NCBI GenBank assembly: GCA_017857595.1
Contig: JAFMCU010000003.1
Coordinates: 7,403 to 71,402 of the forward strand
Length of the DNA stretch: 64,000 bases
Direction of reading: 5' to 3'
Source: Thermoprotei archaeon
GTDB taxonomy: Archaea > Thermoproteota > Thermoprotei > Gearchaeales > Gearchaeaceae
Below, piece by piece: positions 9,265-19,309 of this stretch. Under the pieces are notes generated by a model. That model ran no database searches. It had not been told where the DNA came from and saw only the letters and a list, made by a program, of their open reading frames with translations. The position numbers were made by a program, and so were the translations under genes. The stretch's first letter is position 1, and the number at the start of each line of letters is the position of its first letter.

Positions 9265-11125
9265 ATTTTATTCCTCTACTTTTAAGTTCTTCAGTAAGCA
9301 AAGGTACAACTTTAAAGAGGTCTCCTATAACTCCAAAATCGCTAACGTTAAAAATTGGAGCTTCTGGGTCAATGTTAATCGCAGAAATTATATCTGAATT
9401 TTGCATTCCGACAATATGTTGTATAGCGCCTGAAATTCCGATTGCTATATAAAGTCTGGGTCTAACTATTAATCCAGTTTGTCCTACTTGCCTATCTTTC
9501 GGTAGCCATCCTGAATATACCACAGCCCTAGTCGCTCCAATTTCTGCATTCAAAAGTTTTGCTAATTCTTCTACAATGTATAAATTTTTAGGTGAGCCTA
9601 ACCCTTTACCTACTGAAACAATTATTTTAGCTTCCTCTAATTTTATCTTCTCTCTTGGTATGAATTTCAATAGTTGTGTATTAATTTTATTTTCTGCAAT
9701 TTCTACTTCTTCCTGTATCATTTCTACATTTGGATTTGGTATCTTTGGTGGTATTTTCATCACTCTAGGTCTAACAGTCACCATTTGGGGTTTATGTTTA
9801 GGACAAACTATTGTAGACATTTCGTTTCCTCCGAAATCAGGTCTTGTACCTAACAACATTCCTGTAGCTGGGTCTATGTCTAACTGAGTTCCATCAGCTG
9901 TTAATCCCGTTGGTATTAATGTAGCTACATATCCAGCCCAATCTCTACCATTTTGTGTACCAGGCATTAGCAGTATATCTGGTTTATATTTAAGACAAAG
10001 TTGTGTTAGAGCAAAAGAATATGGTTCTGTTCTATAATCTTCTAATATAGGATGGTCAATATAATAAACTTTATCTGCGCCATATGAAGCGCATTCATCG
10101 ATTAAATGCTTTATGTTATGTCCTACGATTACAGCTGCACATTTTACTCCTAATAATCTTGATAACCTCCTAGCTTCACCAAGAAGTTCCCATGAAACAC
10201 TATCAGCCTTTCCATATCTATGTTCAACTGTACTCCAAACTTCTCCAAATTTCTTTGTTTTATCTTGTGCAATAGGTAAAGGTTTAACTTCTTCATATTT
10301 TTCAGCAACTTTTTCGCTAAAAGCATTTACCTTTATTAAATTGTCAACTAACCATATTGCTGCATCCTTTTCTCTATTTCTACCATCGAATATTTGTCCT
10401 TTCTTTCTTGGTGGAGGAGCAAAAACTCTCTTTACAAAAGTAGGAGATCCTCTTAAACCTATTTTATCATCTTCAAGTTTTAAATCATCTTTATTCCATC
10501 TAACAATTTTCGCTCTATAAGCCTTTATAATATCGCTTATTGATGGTACTCTCGGTTTACTAGCTTCTTCTGTTATACTTAGTGCAGCAGGTAATTTTGC
10601 TTTTACAATTTCTTCTCCATCATATGTTTTTCTGTTAGCTATTACATACTTCTCTTCTAAGTTAATTTCTTGAATTTTATACGCGTATGTGATTATAGGA
10701 ATACCAAACCTTGCTGCAACACCAGGTCCTGTTTGACCAGTTTCACCATCTATAGCCTGTCTTCCAAAAAATATAAAGGTAAAGGGTCCATGTATCTCTA
10801 CAATTTTTTTTATTGCCATGTATAAAGTATAGGATGTAGCTAATGTATCAGAACCTGCTAAAGCTCTATCCGAAACATGATATGCATAATCAGCTCCCAT
10901 AGCTAAAAGTTCTCTTAGACTACTTTCAGCTTGTAATGGGCCCATCGTTACAACTGATAAAATCCCTCCGAATTTTTCTTTAATCCTTAATGCTTCTTCT
11001 GCAGCATATAAATCTGGTGGATTGGTGACAGATGGAACACCTTCTCTAATCAAATTATTAGTTTTAGGGTCTATTCTCATGTCTGTTGAATCCGGTACCT
11101 GTTTTGTGCAAAGTATTATATGCAT
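9257..11125 (-). CDS. fixAB: Fused electron transfer flavoprotein beta+alpha (FixA-FixB fusion)
   Basis: N-half KQVPD, GRQAIDGETGQTGP (EtfB); C-half RQVGQTG, GISGAIQH, INIDPEAPIF (EtfA); one 622-aa ORF. Confidence 0.92.
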   Translation of the reverse strand: MHIILCTKQVPDSTDMRIDPKTNNLIREGVPSVTNPPDLYAAEEALRIKEKFGGILSVVTMGPLQAESSLRELLAMGADYAYHVSDRALAGSDTLATSYTLYMAIKKIVEIHGPFTFIFFGRQAIDGETGQTGPGVAARFGIPIITYAYKIQEINLEEKYVIANRKTYDGEEIVKAKLPAALSITEEASKPRVPSISDIIKAYRAKIVRWNKDDLKLEDDKIGLRGSPTFVKRVFAPPPRKKGQIFDGRNREKDAAIWLVDNLIKVNAFSEKVAEKYEEVKPLPIAQDKTKKFGEVWSTVEHRYGKADSVSWELLGEARRLSRLLGVKCAAVIVGHNIKHLIDECASYGADKVYYIDHPILEDYRTEPYSFALTQLCLKYKPDILLMPGTQNGRDWAGYVATLIPTGLTADGTQLDIDPATGMLLGTRPDFGGNEMSTIVCPKHKPQMVTVRPRVMKIPPKIPNPNVEMIQEEVEIAENKINTQLLKFIPREKIKLEEAKIIVSVGKGLGSPKNLYIVEELAKLLNAEIGATRAVVYSGWLPKDRQVGQTGLIVRPRLYIAIGISGAIQHIVGMQNSDIISAINIDPEAPIFNVSDFGVIGDLFKVVPLLTEELKSRGIKYG

Positions 11126-11193
11126 CCTTTTTAATAATTAAGAAAAACTTGAATATATATAATTCGTTAGAATAAAAGAAAAAAATATAATAA

Positions 11194-12477
11194 GTGAATC
11201 AAATGTTCAAAGGTAAACCGTTGTTGCCTAAGAGTTTGCTGAAGTATGAATTCGAAGTGTATATTATTATCCTTTTTATTTCCAGATTCTTTCCAGTTTT
11301 GTTGATTCCGATCATACATTTTCCTTTGGTTACTTATTTTACTTCATGGCTTCATGATATTTACATAATTCAGCAAAAGAATGGGATTTTAAACGTTTGG
11401 ACGCCTTATCCTTTTCTATTTAATTTGTATTCATACATTCTTAATTTCTTAACTATGAATAGTTTGCTAAATTTTTCAGTAATATTTTATTTCATCAATG
11501 CTATTTGTGACTCTATAACAGGAATATTAATATGGAAAATACTTGAAGAATCACCAAACCATTACTCGCAATATGTTAGGTGGCTTTATTTGTCATCACC
11601 GCTACCCCTTTTTTGGATTTATACACAACAAGTTTATGATCCTGTTGTTATCTTATTTTTAGTTTTAGGGTACTACTTCATAAACAAGAAGAGTAAATTA
11701 AGTACATTTTTTATTTCAGTTGGAACATCCTTGAAAATTATTCCGATTTTCATTTATGGAAGCTGCCTTTTTGATAAAAACATGAGAAAAATTTTCTTTA
11801 AGTATTTGCCATTTTTAATTCTTGGTTTAATTGTATTTAATGTTCCGATATTTTTTAATTTAAATTTATACACAAGCTCTTTAGCTTGGCAATCTAATAG
11901 GCCTGCATGGGAATCCATGTTTGGTCTGTTTGATTACTTAAAGAATGGCTTTTACATTCCAACAGGAGCTTATTTAAATTGTCCTTCTGATAGTTTTACA
12001 TTACAACTTGTAGGTTTTCATATGATAGGAATTACACCCTGTCCTTCTATATTTTCTGAACCTTTAAAATATAATGTTTCATTTTTTTCACAGAGCATCT
12101 TAAAAACCATATCTTTAGCTCTTGTTGTTATTTTCACAATCGTTTTTTTATATTTTGCTACAAGTAAGCTTACATTTGAAAAAATTACATTAGGTTTACT
12201 TTCTTTAATATTTGCATTTTCATTTGGATTTTCACCACAGTATGCACTTTATGAATTAGTTATATTAATAATTGCTTCAAAGCCCGAGAAAATTATTTTT
12301 AATTCAATCGTATTACAGTTGCTTTTATTGATTGAATATCCTTTTTTGTCTATACTTGTCCCAATGTTTTTCCATTTAAGTGTTGATGTAATATTAATTC
12401 CTTTTTGGTTCATAGTTTTTGTAAGAAGCTTTTTCTTAATTTATATAGCTATGTCTGTAATGTTAAATAAGATATGA
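11194..12477 (+). CDS. Polytopic membrane protein, probable GT-C (GT87-like) glycosyltransferase
   Basis: Many TM segments; PYPFLF, QVYD, LKIIP and FSPQY resemble GT-C motifs. Confidence 0.55.
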   Translation: MNQMFKGKPLLPKSLLKYEFEVYIIILFISRFFPVLLIPIIHFPLVTYFTSWLHDIYIIQQKNGILNVWTPYPFLFNLYSYILNFLTMNSLLNFSVIFYFINAICDSITGILIWKILEESPNHYSQYVRWLYLSSPLPLFWIYTQQVYDPVVILFLVLGYYFINKKSKLSTFFISVGTSLKIIPIFIYGSCLFDKNMRKIFFKYLPFLILGLIVFNVPIFFNLNLYTSSLAWQSNRPAWESMFGLFDYLKNGFYIPTGAYLNCPSDSFTLQLVGFHMIGITPCPSIFSEPLKYNVSFFSQSILKTISLALVVIFTIVFLYFATSKLTFEKITLGLLSLIFAFSFGFSPQYALYELVILIIASKPEKIIFNSIVLQLLLLIEYPFLSILVPMFFHLSVDVILIPFWFIVFVRSFFLIYIAMSVMLNKI

Positions 12478-13148
12478 GTTCAGAAGATTTTATTAAAAAA
12501 ATAGATTCTATATCAAAGGCTAAAAAAAGTAAGCTCATTTTAGCTATAGACGATGCGAATCACTATTCAAAGGTCTTTCTAGAACAATTAAGAGAATATT
12601 CTGTAGGAATTAAAATAGGTCTAACTTGTTTATTAGAAGCATATTCTTATGCTGAAAGACTAAATTATGAATTATCAAAAGATTTTGTTACAATAGCTGA
12701 TCTGAAAATAGCTGATGTTCAACATATTTGTGAAAAAATAGGAAAGCTTGCAAAAAAATTGAATTTTGATGCTGTTATAGCTCATACATTTATTGGCGAA
12801 TCTTCTCTTAAAGCTTTAAATAAAGTTATCCCGACGTTAGGTATAGTAGCGATGACTTCACATGATTCAATAAAATATGATGAAAATCTTGAATATTTTG
12901 TTGAGATATGCAATAATTTAAGCCTTGCAGGGATAATTGCTCCAGCAACAAAGCCTGATATTTTAAAAAGACTAAGGTCAAAAACACATTTAAAAATTTT
13001 TTCTCCTGGAATAGGTGCACAAGGAATGAAATATGGGTCTGCAATAAAGAATGGGGCAGATTATGAAATTGTTGGTAGATCTATTTTTGAAGCAAAAGAT
13101 TATATAAGCGAAGCGAAAAAAGCTGTTGAATTACAATGGATATCATAA
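12474..13148 (+). CDS. pyrF: Orotidine-5'-phosphate decarboxylase
   Basis: LILAID, IKIG, DLKIAD, SPGIGAQG, IVGRSI. Confidence 0.93.
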   Translation: MSSEDFIKKIDSISKAKKSKLILAIDDANHYSKVFLEQLREYSVGIKIGLTCLLEAYSYAERLNYELSKDFVTIADLKIADVQHICEKIGKLAKKLNFDAVIAHTFIGESSLKALNKVIPTLGIVAMTSHDSIKYDENLEYFVEICNNLSLAGIIAPATKPDILKRLRSKTHLKIFSPGIGAQGMKYGSAIKNGADYEIVGRSIFEAKDYISEAKKAVELQWIS

Positions 13149-13672
13149 TTAAAAAATTGCTAGAAATAGGTTCTATTAAAACAGGTAAATTCTTACTTTC
13201 TTCAGGCAAAGAATCCAATATTTATATAGATTTAAGAGTTGCTTTATCTTTTCCGGATATTTATAGTTATATTGTTGAAGAATCGGCAAAATTGATAGAT
13301 AAAATTAAGTTCGATGCTATAGCTGGCATTCCAACAGGTGGTTTAGCTTGGGCATCTTTCATTGCTTATAGACTTAAAAAACCTTTAGTATATATAAGGA
13401 AGGAAACTAAAGGTCACGGAACACAAAAGTTGATTGAAGGAAAAGTTGAAAAGAATTCTGAAATTTTAATTGTTGATGATGTTGCTACTACAGGTGGAAA
13501 TATATTTGATGGCTATGAAAAATTGAAAGATGAAAACTATTTTGTAAATTATGCCTTCGTTATTGTAGATAGAGAAGAAGGTGCATATAACAAGCTAAAA
13601 GATTATGGAATTGAACTAATTTCATTATTTAAATTGAAAGATATTTTAAATCAGATAAAGGAAATAATTTAA
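13136..13672 (+). CDS. pyrE: Orotate phosphoribosyltransferase
   Basis: FLLSSGKES.IYIDLR, RKETKGHG, IVDDVATTG. Confidence 0.95.
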   Translation: MDIIIKKLLEIGSIKTGKFLLSSGKESNIYIDLRVALSFPDIYSYIVEESAKLIDKIKFDAIAGIPTGGLAWASFIAYRLKKPLVYIRKETKGHGTQKLIEGKVEKNSEILIVDDVATTGGNIFDGYEKLKDENYFVNYAFVIVDREEGAYNKLKDYGIELISLFKLKDILNQIKEII

Positions 13673-13695
13673 ACTGATTAAAGAAATTAGATTTC

Positions 13696-14616
13696 ATGAA
13701 TATGAATTGGTTCAACAGGGATATCATTACAATAGAGAACTTTAGTAGAGAGGAGCTTGAACACTTATTTAATATTGCAGATAAATATATGAATATTAAA
13801 TTTAAGGATTCATTAAAAGGTAAAATTATTGCTAATTTGTTTCTTGAGCCAAGCACTAGAACACGAGTTAGTTTTGAAGTAGCAGCTAAGAGATTGGGAG
13901 CTGAAGTTGTTAATGTAACGGGAGAGTATGCTTCGATAAAAAAGGGAGAAAGTCTTTATGATACATTAAAGATGTTAGATTCATACTGCGACCTCATCAT
14001 TATAAGAAGTCCAATAGAAGGCTCTGCGCAGTTTGCAGCTGACATTTGTGAACATCCAGTAATAAACGCAGGTGATGGAACACTTAATCATCCTACACAG
14101 GCAATGATTGATTTATACACGATAAAGAACACTTTCAACAGGTTAGATAAATTGAACATTGGTGTATATGGAGACTTAAAATATGGCAGGGCTGTTGTTT
14201 CATTTATCCTAGCGATTTCTAAATATGATAATAAAATATACGCAATTTCTCCTGAACAATTAAAAATTCGAAATGAAATAAAAGATGAGCTCTTAAATAA
14301 AGGTGTAAAAATTGAAGAATTTACTAACTTAGAACATGTTATTTCCGAGCTCGATGTTTTATATGTAACTAGGTTGCAAAAAGAAAGATTTGTAGACCTT
14401 GCTGAATATGAGAGAGTAAGAGGTTCTTACAAACTTGATTTAAAGAGCTTAGAGAAGTCCAAGCCAAATATGATTGTAATGCATCCATTGCCAAGGGTTG
14501 AGGAGCTTACATATGAATTAGATTCGACATCTAAACAAGCTTATTTTAGACAAGCGAAATTTGGAATACCTTTAAGAATGGCTATTTTATCATTAATATT
14601 TGGGGTTGAAGTATAG
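13696..14616 (+). CDS. pyrB: Aspartate carbamoyltransferase catalytic subunit
   Basis: FLEPSTRTR, INAGDG..NHPTQ, RLQKER, MHPLPR. Confidence 0.97.
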   Translation: MNMNWFNRDIITIENFSREELEHLFNIADKYMNIKFKDSLKGKIIANLFLEPSTRTRVSFEVAAKRLGAEVVNVTGEYASIKKGESLYDTLKMLDSYCDLIIIRSPIEGSAQFAADICEHPVINAGDGTLNHPTQAMIDLYTIKNTFNRLDKLNIGVYGDLKYGRAVVSFILAISKYDNKIYAISPEQLKIRNEIKDELLNKGVKIEEFTNLEHVISELDVLYVTRLQKERFVDLAEYERVRGSYKLDLKSLEKSKPNMIVMHPLPRVEELTYELDSTSKQAYFRQAKFGIPLRMAILSLIFGVEV

Positions 14617-14618
14617 CC

Positions 14619-15104
14619 ATGGAAGAATACGAAATGAAAGTTACTAAGATAAAGAATGGCACCGTTATCGACCATATTCCTGCTGGAAAAGCGCTTTCTG
14701 TTCTTAGTTTATTAGAATTGACAGGTAAAGAAGGATATACGATAGCTTTAGTTATGAATGTAAAAAGCAGAAAATTGGGAATTAAAGATGTTGTTAAAGT
14801 AGAAAATTTAGAAATTAATCCAAATTTGTTGAACAGATTAGCACTTATTGCACCTGAAGCTACAATAAATATCATAAGAGACTATAAGGTTTATGAAAAA
14901 AGAAAAATAGCACTACAAGACGTGGTTGAAAACATTCTTAAATGTAATAACCCAACTTGTATAAGTAGACAGTATAATGAACCAATAATCTCTAGCTTCC
15001 GTGTCATATCGAAGAAGCCTTTAAAGCTTAAATGCAACTATTGTATGCGATATTTAAATGAAAGTGAAGTTATAGAGCAAATTGTTGAGCGAAGTAAATT
15101 CTGA
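14619..15104 (+). CDS. pyrI: Aspartate carbamoyltransferase regulatory subunit
   Basis: IKNGTVIDHIPAG, CNNPTC...CNYC Zn site. Confidence 0.96.
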   Translation: MEEYEMKVTKIKNGTVIDHIPAGKALSVLSLLELTGKEGYTIALVMNVKSRKLGIKDVVKVENLEINPNLLNRLALIAPEATINIIRDYKVYEKRKIALQDVVENILKCNNPTCISRQYNEPIISSFRVISKKPLKLKCNYCMRYLNESEVIEQIVERSKF

Positions 15105-16311
15105 AGACTATTGTATTGAGGGTAAAGCCTATGTAAATAATGATTTAATAGAATGTTCAATTCTAATCAGCGGAGAAAAAATATCTAAAATATCAAAGGT
15201 TTCAAATATAGATATTAAAAAAATTAAAATTGGTAAAGGAAGTGTAATCCTTCCAGCAGGCATTGATTTACACGTTCACTTTAGAGATTGGAATGAAAGT
15301 TATAAAGAAACGATATTATCAGGTTCTTTAGCTGCGTTAGCTGGAGGGATAACAACAGTTTTAGATATGCCCAATACTAAACCACCTGTTAATACAATAG
15401 AAAATTTAAAGAAAAGATATGAGGACTTTAAAAACAAATCCAAGGTTGATTTTGGTCTGCATATAAAGCCTAGCTATGAAATATTGAGAAACAATAAAAT
15501 AAATGAGTATTTTGCAGTAAAATTTTATGAAGAAGACCTTAAAGCATTGCCTAATTTCGAGGAATTATTAAATGATAAAAAAGCAGTTTTTCATGCACAA
15601 TTTGGGTTAGATGAAGTATCCGCTGTAAATTATGTATTGGAGCATTCAAAAAAATTAAACAACATACGTTTTGCTCATATATCTAGAGCGGAATCAATAG
15701 AATTGATAGAATCTTATAGAAGAAAATTTGAGGATAAAAAAGTTTACATTGAAGTAACACCGCATCATACTTTTATTTGTATTGATGATGTTGCAAATAA
15801 GCCAAAAGGCTATTCTACTGTACGTCCGCCTTTAGCATTGAGACGAGATAATGAAGCAATTATAAATGCAATTAATGTTGGAAAAATTGATTTTATAGCA
15901 AGCGATCATGCTCCTCATAGTTTAGAGGAAAAATTATCAGAAAATCCTCCTCCAGGTTATCCTTCTATAGAAGTAATGTATTCTATATTTTTAGATAGTT
16001 GTTTTAAAGGCATAATAAAATTAAATAAACTAATAGATTGCCTTTGTGTGTATCCTGCGAGATATTTAGGAATAAAAAAAGGCATTATTAGAGAGGGTTA
16101 TTATGCAGATTTAGTTATATTTAATTTTGAAAATGATATGGTAATAGACTCTAGTAAATTTATATCAAAGTCAAAATTTTCTCCATTTGATGGATGGAAG
16201 ATTAAAGCTAAAATTGAAACCACAATTAGAAGAGGCAAGATTCTATTTAATAACGGTGAATTTTATAATTTGAATTATCCTTCAAAAAATATAATAGAAT
16301 TAATAAATTAA
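15082..16311 (+). CDS. pyrC: Dihydroorotase
   Basis: DLHVHFRD, DMPNT, EVTPHH, SDHAPH; position in the pyr operon; start codon uncertain. Confidence 0.9.
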   Translation: MLSEVNSEDYCIEGKAYVNNDLIECSILISGEKISKISKVSNIDIKKIKIGKGSVILPAGIDLHVHFRDWNESYKETILSGSLAALAGGITTVLDMPNTKPPVNTIENLKKRYEDFKNKSKVDFGLHIKPSYEILRNNKINEYFAVKFYEEDLKALPNFEELLNDKKAVFHAQFGLDEVSAVNYVLEHSKKLNNIRFAHISRAESIELIESYRRKFEDKKVYIEVTPHHTFICIDDVANKPKGYSTVRPPLALRRDNEAIINAINVGKIDFIASDHAPHSLEEKLSENPPPGYPSIEVMYSIFLDSCFKGIIKLNKLIDCLCVYPARYLGIKKGIIREGYYADLVIFNFENDMVIDSSKFISKSKFSPFDGWKIKAKIETTIRRGKILFNNGEFYNLNYPSKNIIELIN

Positions 16312-17244
16312 TCTATTGCTAAATTCTAAGAATTCTGATTTAGAAAAGTTAAAATCATATTTTCCTAGTGTTCTCATAAGATTATAGGAAAATAATTGAG
16401 CATAAAAACTACCGATTATATAACTTTCTTGCAACCTTTGAGAAAAATCTATTTTTATACAGAAATTAATTTTTTCACTTAAACTATCGAACAATAATTG
16501 AGCCTTTTTATCTTCAGGCCTGCTCAGAATTATAAGGCCGTCATTTCTATTTAAGAAGAACAAATCTACATGACTAAATAATTCAACCCTTTCTGCGAAT
16601 GCCTTTATCCCTGTTGTTTCAGCAGTTTTAGCTTTCCAATAATATGCTATAGGATATAATAGTGGTGATGCCAATATAAACAAAGATCCATCACCAAAAT
16701 AGCCAAATCTTTTTTCCTTTGATTTTTCATATTCCCTTTTTATTATTTCGAAATCTAAATCTATTCCAAATAATGAAAATGAAGCAACTAAAGATTTTGT
16801 AAACGATAATGTTCCAGGTAGTATTATCTTTTCTTTATAATTCATATCGATAACTAAATCTGCTATTTTTGCTAGTTCAGAATCCCTATTACCTGTAATA
16901 GCAATTATTCTGTTTTTTAATTCTTTTGCTTTTTTTGCTAAATTTATATTCGCATTTGTTTTTCCAGATACAGATATAAAGATAAAATTTTTTCCGAAAG
17001 GTAATTTTTTATATTGCCATTCATAGGGTTCACCATAAACACAACCAGTTAATTCACTTACGGCAATTGATGCAGCATATGAATCTCCTAAACCAAAAAA
17101 GTAACTTTCATTTTCTTTTTGGTTCAAAATACCAAAATATTCGCTTCTTTTAAGATCTTCATAATAACTTTTCAAAATGCTTACTTGACCTTTTATTTCA
17201 TTAATAAATTCTACTATCATTATAAAATAATTATTTAATCCCAA
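16300..17244 (-). CDS. SIS-domain sugar isomerase/aminotransferase-like protein
   Basis: GLGDSY, ISVSGKT, AITGNRDSELAK. Confidence 0.75.
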   Translation of the reverse strand: MGLNNYFIMIVEFINEIKGQVSILKSYYEDLKRSEYFGILNQKENESYFFGLGDSYAASIAVSELTGCVYGEPYEWQYKKLPFGKNFIFISVSGKTNANINLAKKAKELKNRIIAITGNRDSELAKIADLVIDMNYKEKIILPGTLSFTKSLVASFSLFGIDLDFEIIKREYEKSKEKRFGYFGDGSLFILASPLLYPIAYYWKAKTAETTGIKAFAERVELFSHVDLFFLNRNDGLIILSRPEDKKAQLLFDSLSEKINFCIKIDFSQRLQESYIIGSFYAQLFSYNLMRTLGKYDFNFSKSEFLEFSNRLIY

Positions 17245-17310
17245 TTATAGAAGATATATACAAATTATTTTGTAATAACATTTAAATTTGTAATACAATT
17301 TAATAATAAT

Positions 17311-17937
17311 ATGAACTCAAAACAAATAGCTATAGTAGCACTTTTAGGTAGTTTGGTCTCTATTATTTCTCTAACTCTTTCTCACTATTTTCCATTCCCA
17401 ATACTGCCATATTTGGAATTTGATCCTGCTGAAATAATAGTTATTTTAGCATTCTTATTATTTGGACCTTTTATTGCAATAATAATTGAAGCTATTCATT
17501 TCTTATTGCTCAACATTTTCTCTCAATTTCCATTAATAGGTCCTGCAGCAAAATCAATAGCCGTGCTATCTACCATTCTTGGTTATTATTCAGCTTTTCT
17601 GGTACTAAAGAGGTCAAGCTACGAAAAGTTAATGTCTCTAGGAATTGTATTTGCAATGATTTTAAGGGTGGGAGTAATGACGATAGTAAATTATTTGTTC
17701 TTTATAACAATCTTTGCAGGATATATAAATTACGCATCTCATTCAATTTTAGTTACTACAGGAATTTATTCAAGTAATCCATTAATTTGGATTCTAATAT
17801 TTACAGCTATTTACAATGCATTGCATACTTTATTAAGCGTAATTCCTGCAGCTTCAATTGCTAAAATTCAATCTATTCAAAAAATAGTTATACCAATTTC
17901 AACCCCTTGGTTTTTGAAGTTTTTGATTAAAAAATAA
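17311..17937 (+). CDS. ECF transporter S component (vitamin uptake; substrate unknown)
   Basis: About six TM helices; PYLEFDPAEI...FGP resembles RibU-type S components. Confidence 0.75.
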   Translation: MNSKQIAIVALLGSLVSIISLTLSHYFPFPILPYLEFDPAEIIVILAFLLFGPFIAIIIEAIHFLLLNIFSQFPLIGPAAKSIAVLSTILGYYSAFLVLKRSSYEKLMSLGIVFAMILRVGVMTIVNYLFFITIFAGYINYASHSILVTTGIYSSNPLIWILIFTAIYNALHTLLSVIPAASIAKIQSIQKIVIPISTPWFLKFLIKK

Positions 17938-17958
17938 ATAAGAATTTCCAACCAATAA

Positions 17959-18558
17959 TTGCTATTAGTGGATATATTAACAAGTTTCCTATTAGGAACT
18001 TTATATGGCATATCTTTAGCTGCACCACCAGGTCCTATATTAGCTATGATGGCCCAACGAACAATCATTTCATATTTGAATGGTATAAGTGTAGGTTTTG
18101 GAGCTATGACAGCAGATTTTATTTTCATGATAATAACTCTATTACTTTATGGATTTATCAAGAATTTGCCTTTATTCCCATTTTATATAATAGGTTCATT
18201 ATTTATGATGTTTTTAATTTATTCTTCTTTAAAAAGTACCAAGAATGAGTTTAAAAGAGGAAATGAAAAAAGCTCAAATAGCTATTTATTAGGATTGGGA
18301 ATTGCATTGGTAAATCCTTTGCAAATTGGTTGGTGGCTTACAGCAGGATTAACCTTTATTTCACTATTTGGAATTATTTCTGTTGTAGGTTTCTTTACAG
18401 GAATAATAATTTGGGTATTATTTTTTGCATTCATTGTAAGAAAGGGTTATAGTATTAATAGAGGGATTGCTTCTTTAGCAATTAAAATATTTTCTATAGG
18501 AACGTTTTTTTTCTTTGCATCATATTTTATGTATATAGCAATAATAAGCTTGATCTAA
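17959..18558 (+). CDS. LysE-family translocator
   Basis: SLAAPPGP, GAMTAD, NPLQIGWW. Confidence 0.85.
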   Translation: MLLVDILTSFLLGTLYGISLAAPPGPILAMMAQRTIISYLNGISVGFGAMTADFIFMIITLLLYGFIKNLPLFPFYIIGSLFMMFLIYSSLKSTKNEFKRGNEKSSNSYLLGLGIALVNPLQIGWWLTAGLTFISLFGIISVVGFFTGIIIWVLFFAFIVRKGYSINRGIASLAIKIFSIGTFFFFASYFMYIAIISLI

Positions 18559-18559
18559 T

Positions 18560-18895
18560 ATGGAAGATAAAGGCATTGATCATAAAAAAATAATAAATTT
18601 AATAGTTAGTGGAGATACAGAAAAGGCTATAGAAGAGCTCTCTAACTATTATGGTGTTAAAAAACCCAATTTAAAAGTAGGGATACCTAAAGGTAAATAC
18701 AAAGCTTTAGCTATGTATGATCCAATAAAAAATACTATATATTTTAGAAAGGGTGAATATATGTACAATGCCTTTATAGTCCTTCATGAATTTTATCATG
18801 TTATAAGAATTTTTTGTAACAGGCATAGAGGTAATGAGAAAAAAGCTGATGAATTTGCACTGGAATTCCTTCAAAAATTGTATAAAATAAAATGA
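18560..18895 (+). CDS. Minimal zincin-like metalloprotein
   Basis: VLHEFYH (HExxH) plus downstream NEKKADEFA (ExxAD) in 111 aa. Confidence 0.65.
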   Translation: MEDKGIDHKKIINLIVSGDTEKAIEELSNYYGVKKPNLKVGIPKGKYKALAMYDPIKNTIYFRKGEYMYNAFIVLHEFYHVIRIFCNRHRGNEKKADEFALEFLQKLYKIK

Positions 18896-18925
18896 ATTTA
18901 AATAATATTCTGTATTTCCATAAGC

Positions 18926-19309
18926 ATGGAAGATATTGCAAAAAAATATTTTCATGGCAATATTAATGATAAGGAAAGGGCAATATTTGAATTAGGAATA
19001 GCCTTAGGTTTTGTTTATCATCAATTTATGGCCATGCCTTTCAAAACCAAAGATATTGAAGTTATCAAAAAGGCTATTGAAGCTTCAATTCTTGCTCAAC
19101 CCTATCGAGTTTCAGCAAAAATTCAAATTGTTGATAAAAATCAAGAGATTAATCCATATTCTTATAATGAAATCAACAAAAGAAATATTAAAGCTGAAAT
19201 AAAAGTAAAATATGGTAATTATGTTGTTACAGGAAAATTAGAATATATTGAAGAAATTAATTATCCTTTGATGTATATTTCTAACATTGAAGAAATTAAT
19301 CATTTATAA
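18926..19309 (+). CDS. mptD: Archaeal dihydroneopterin aldolase (MptD)
   Basis: ERAIFELGIALG..YHQF, QPY, INYPLMYI. Confidence 0.85.
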   Translation: MEDIAKKYFHGNINDKERAIFELGIALGFVYHQFMAMPFKTKDIEVIKKAIEASILAQPYRVSAKIQIVDKNQEINPYSYNEINKRNIKAEIKVKYGNYVVTGKLEYIEEINYPLMYISNIEEINHL

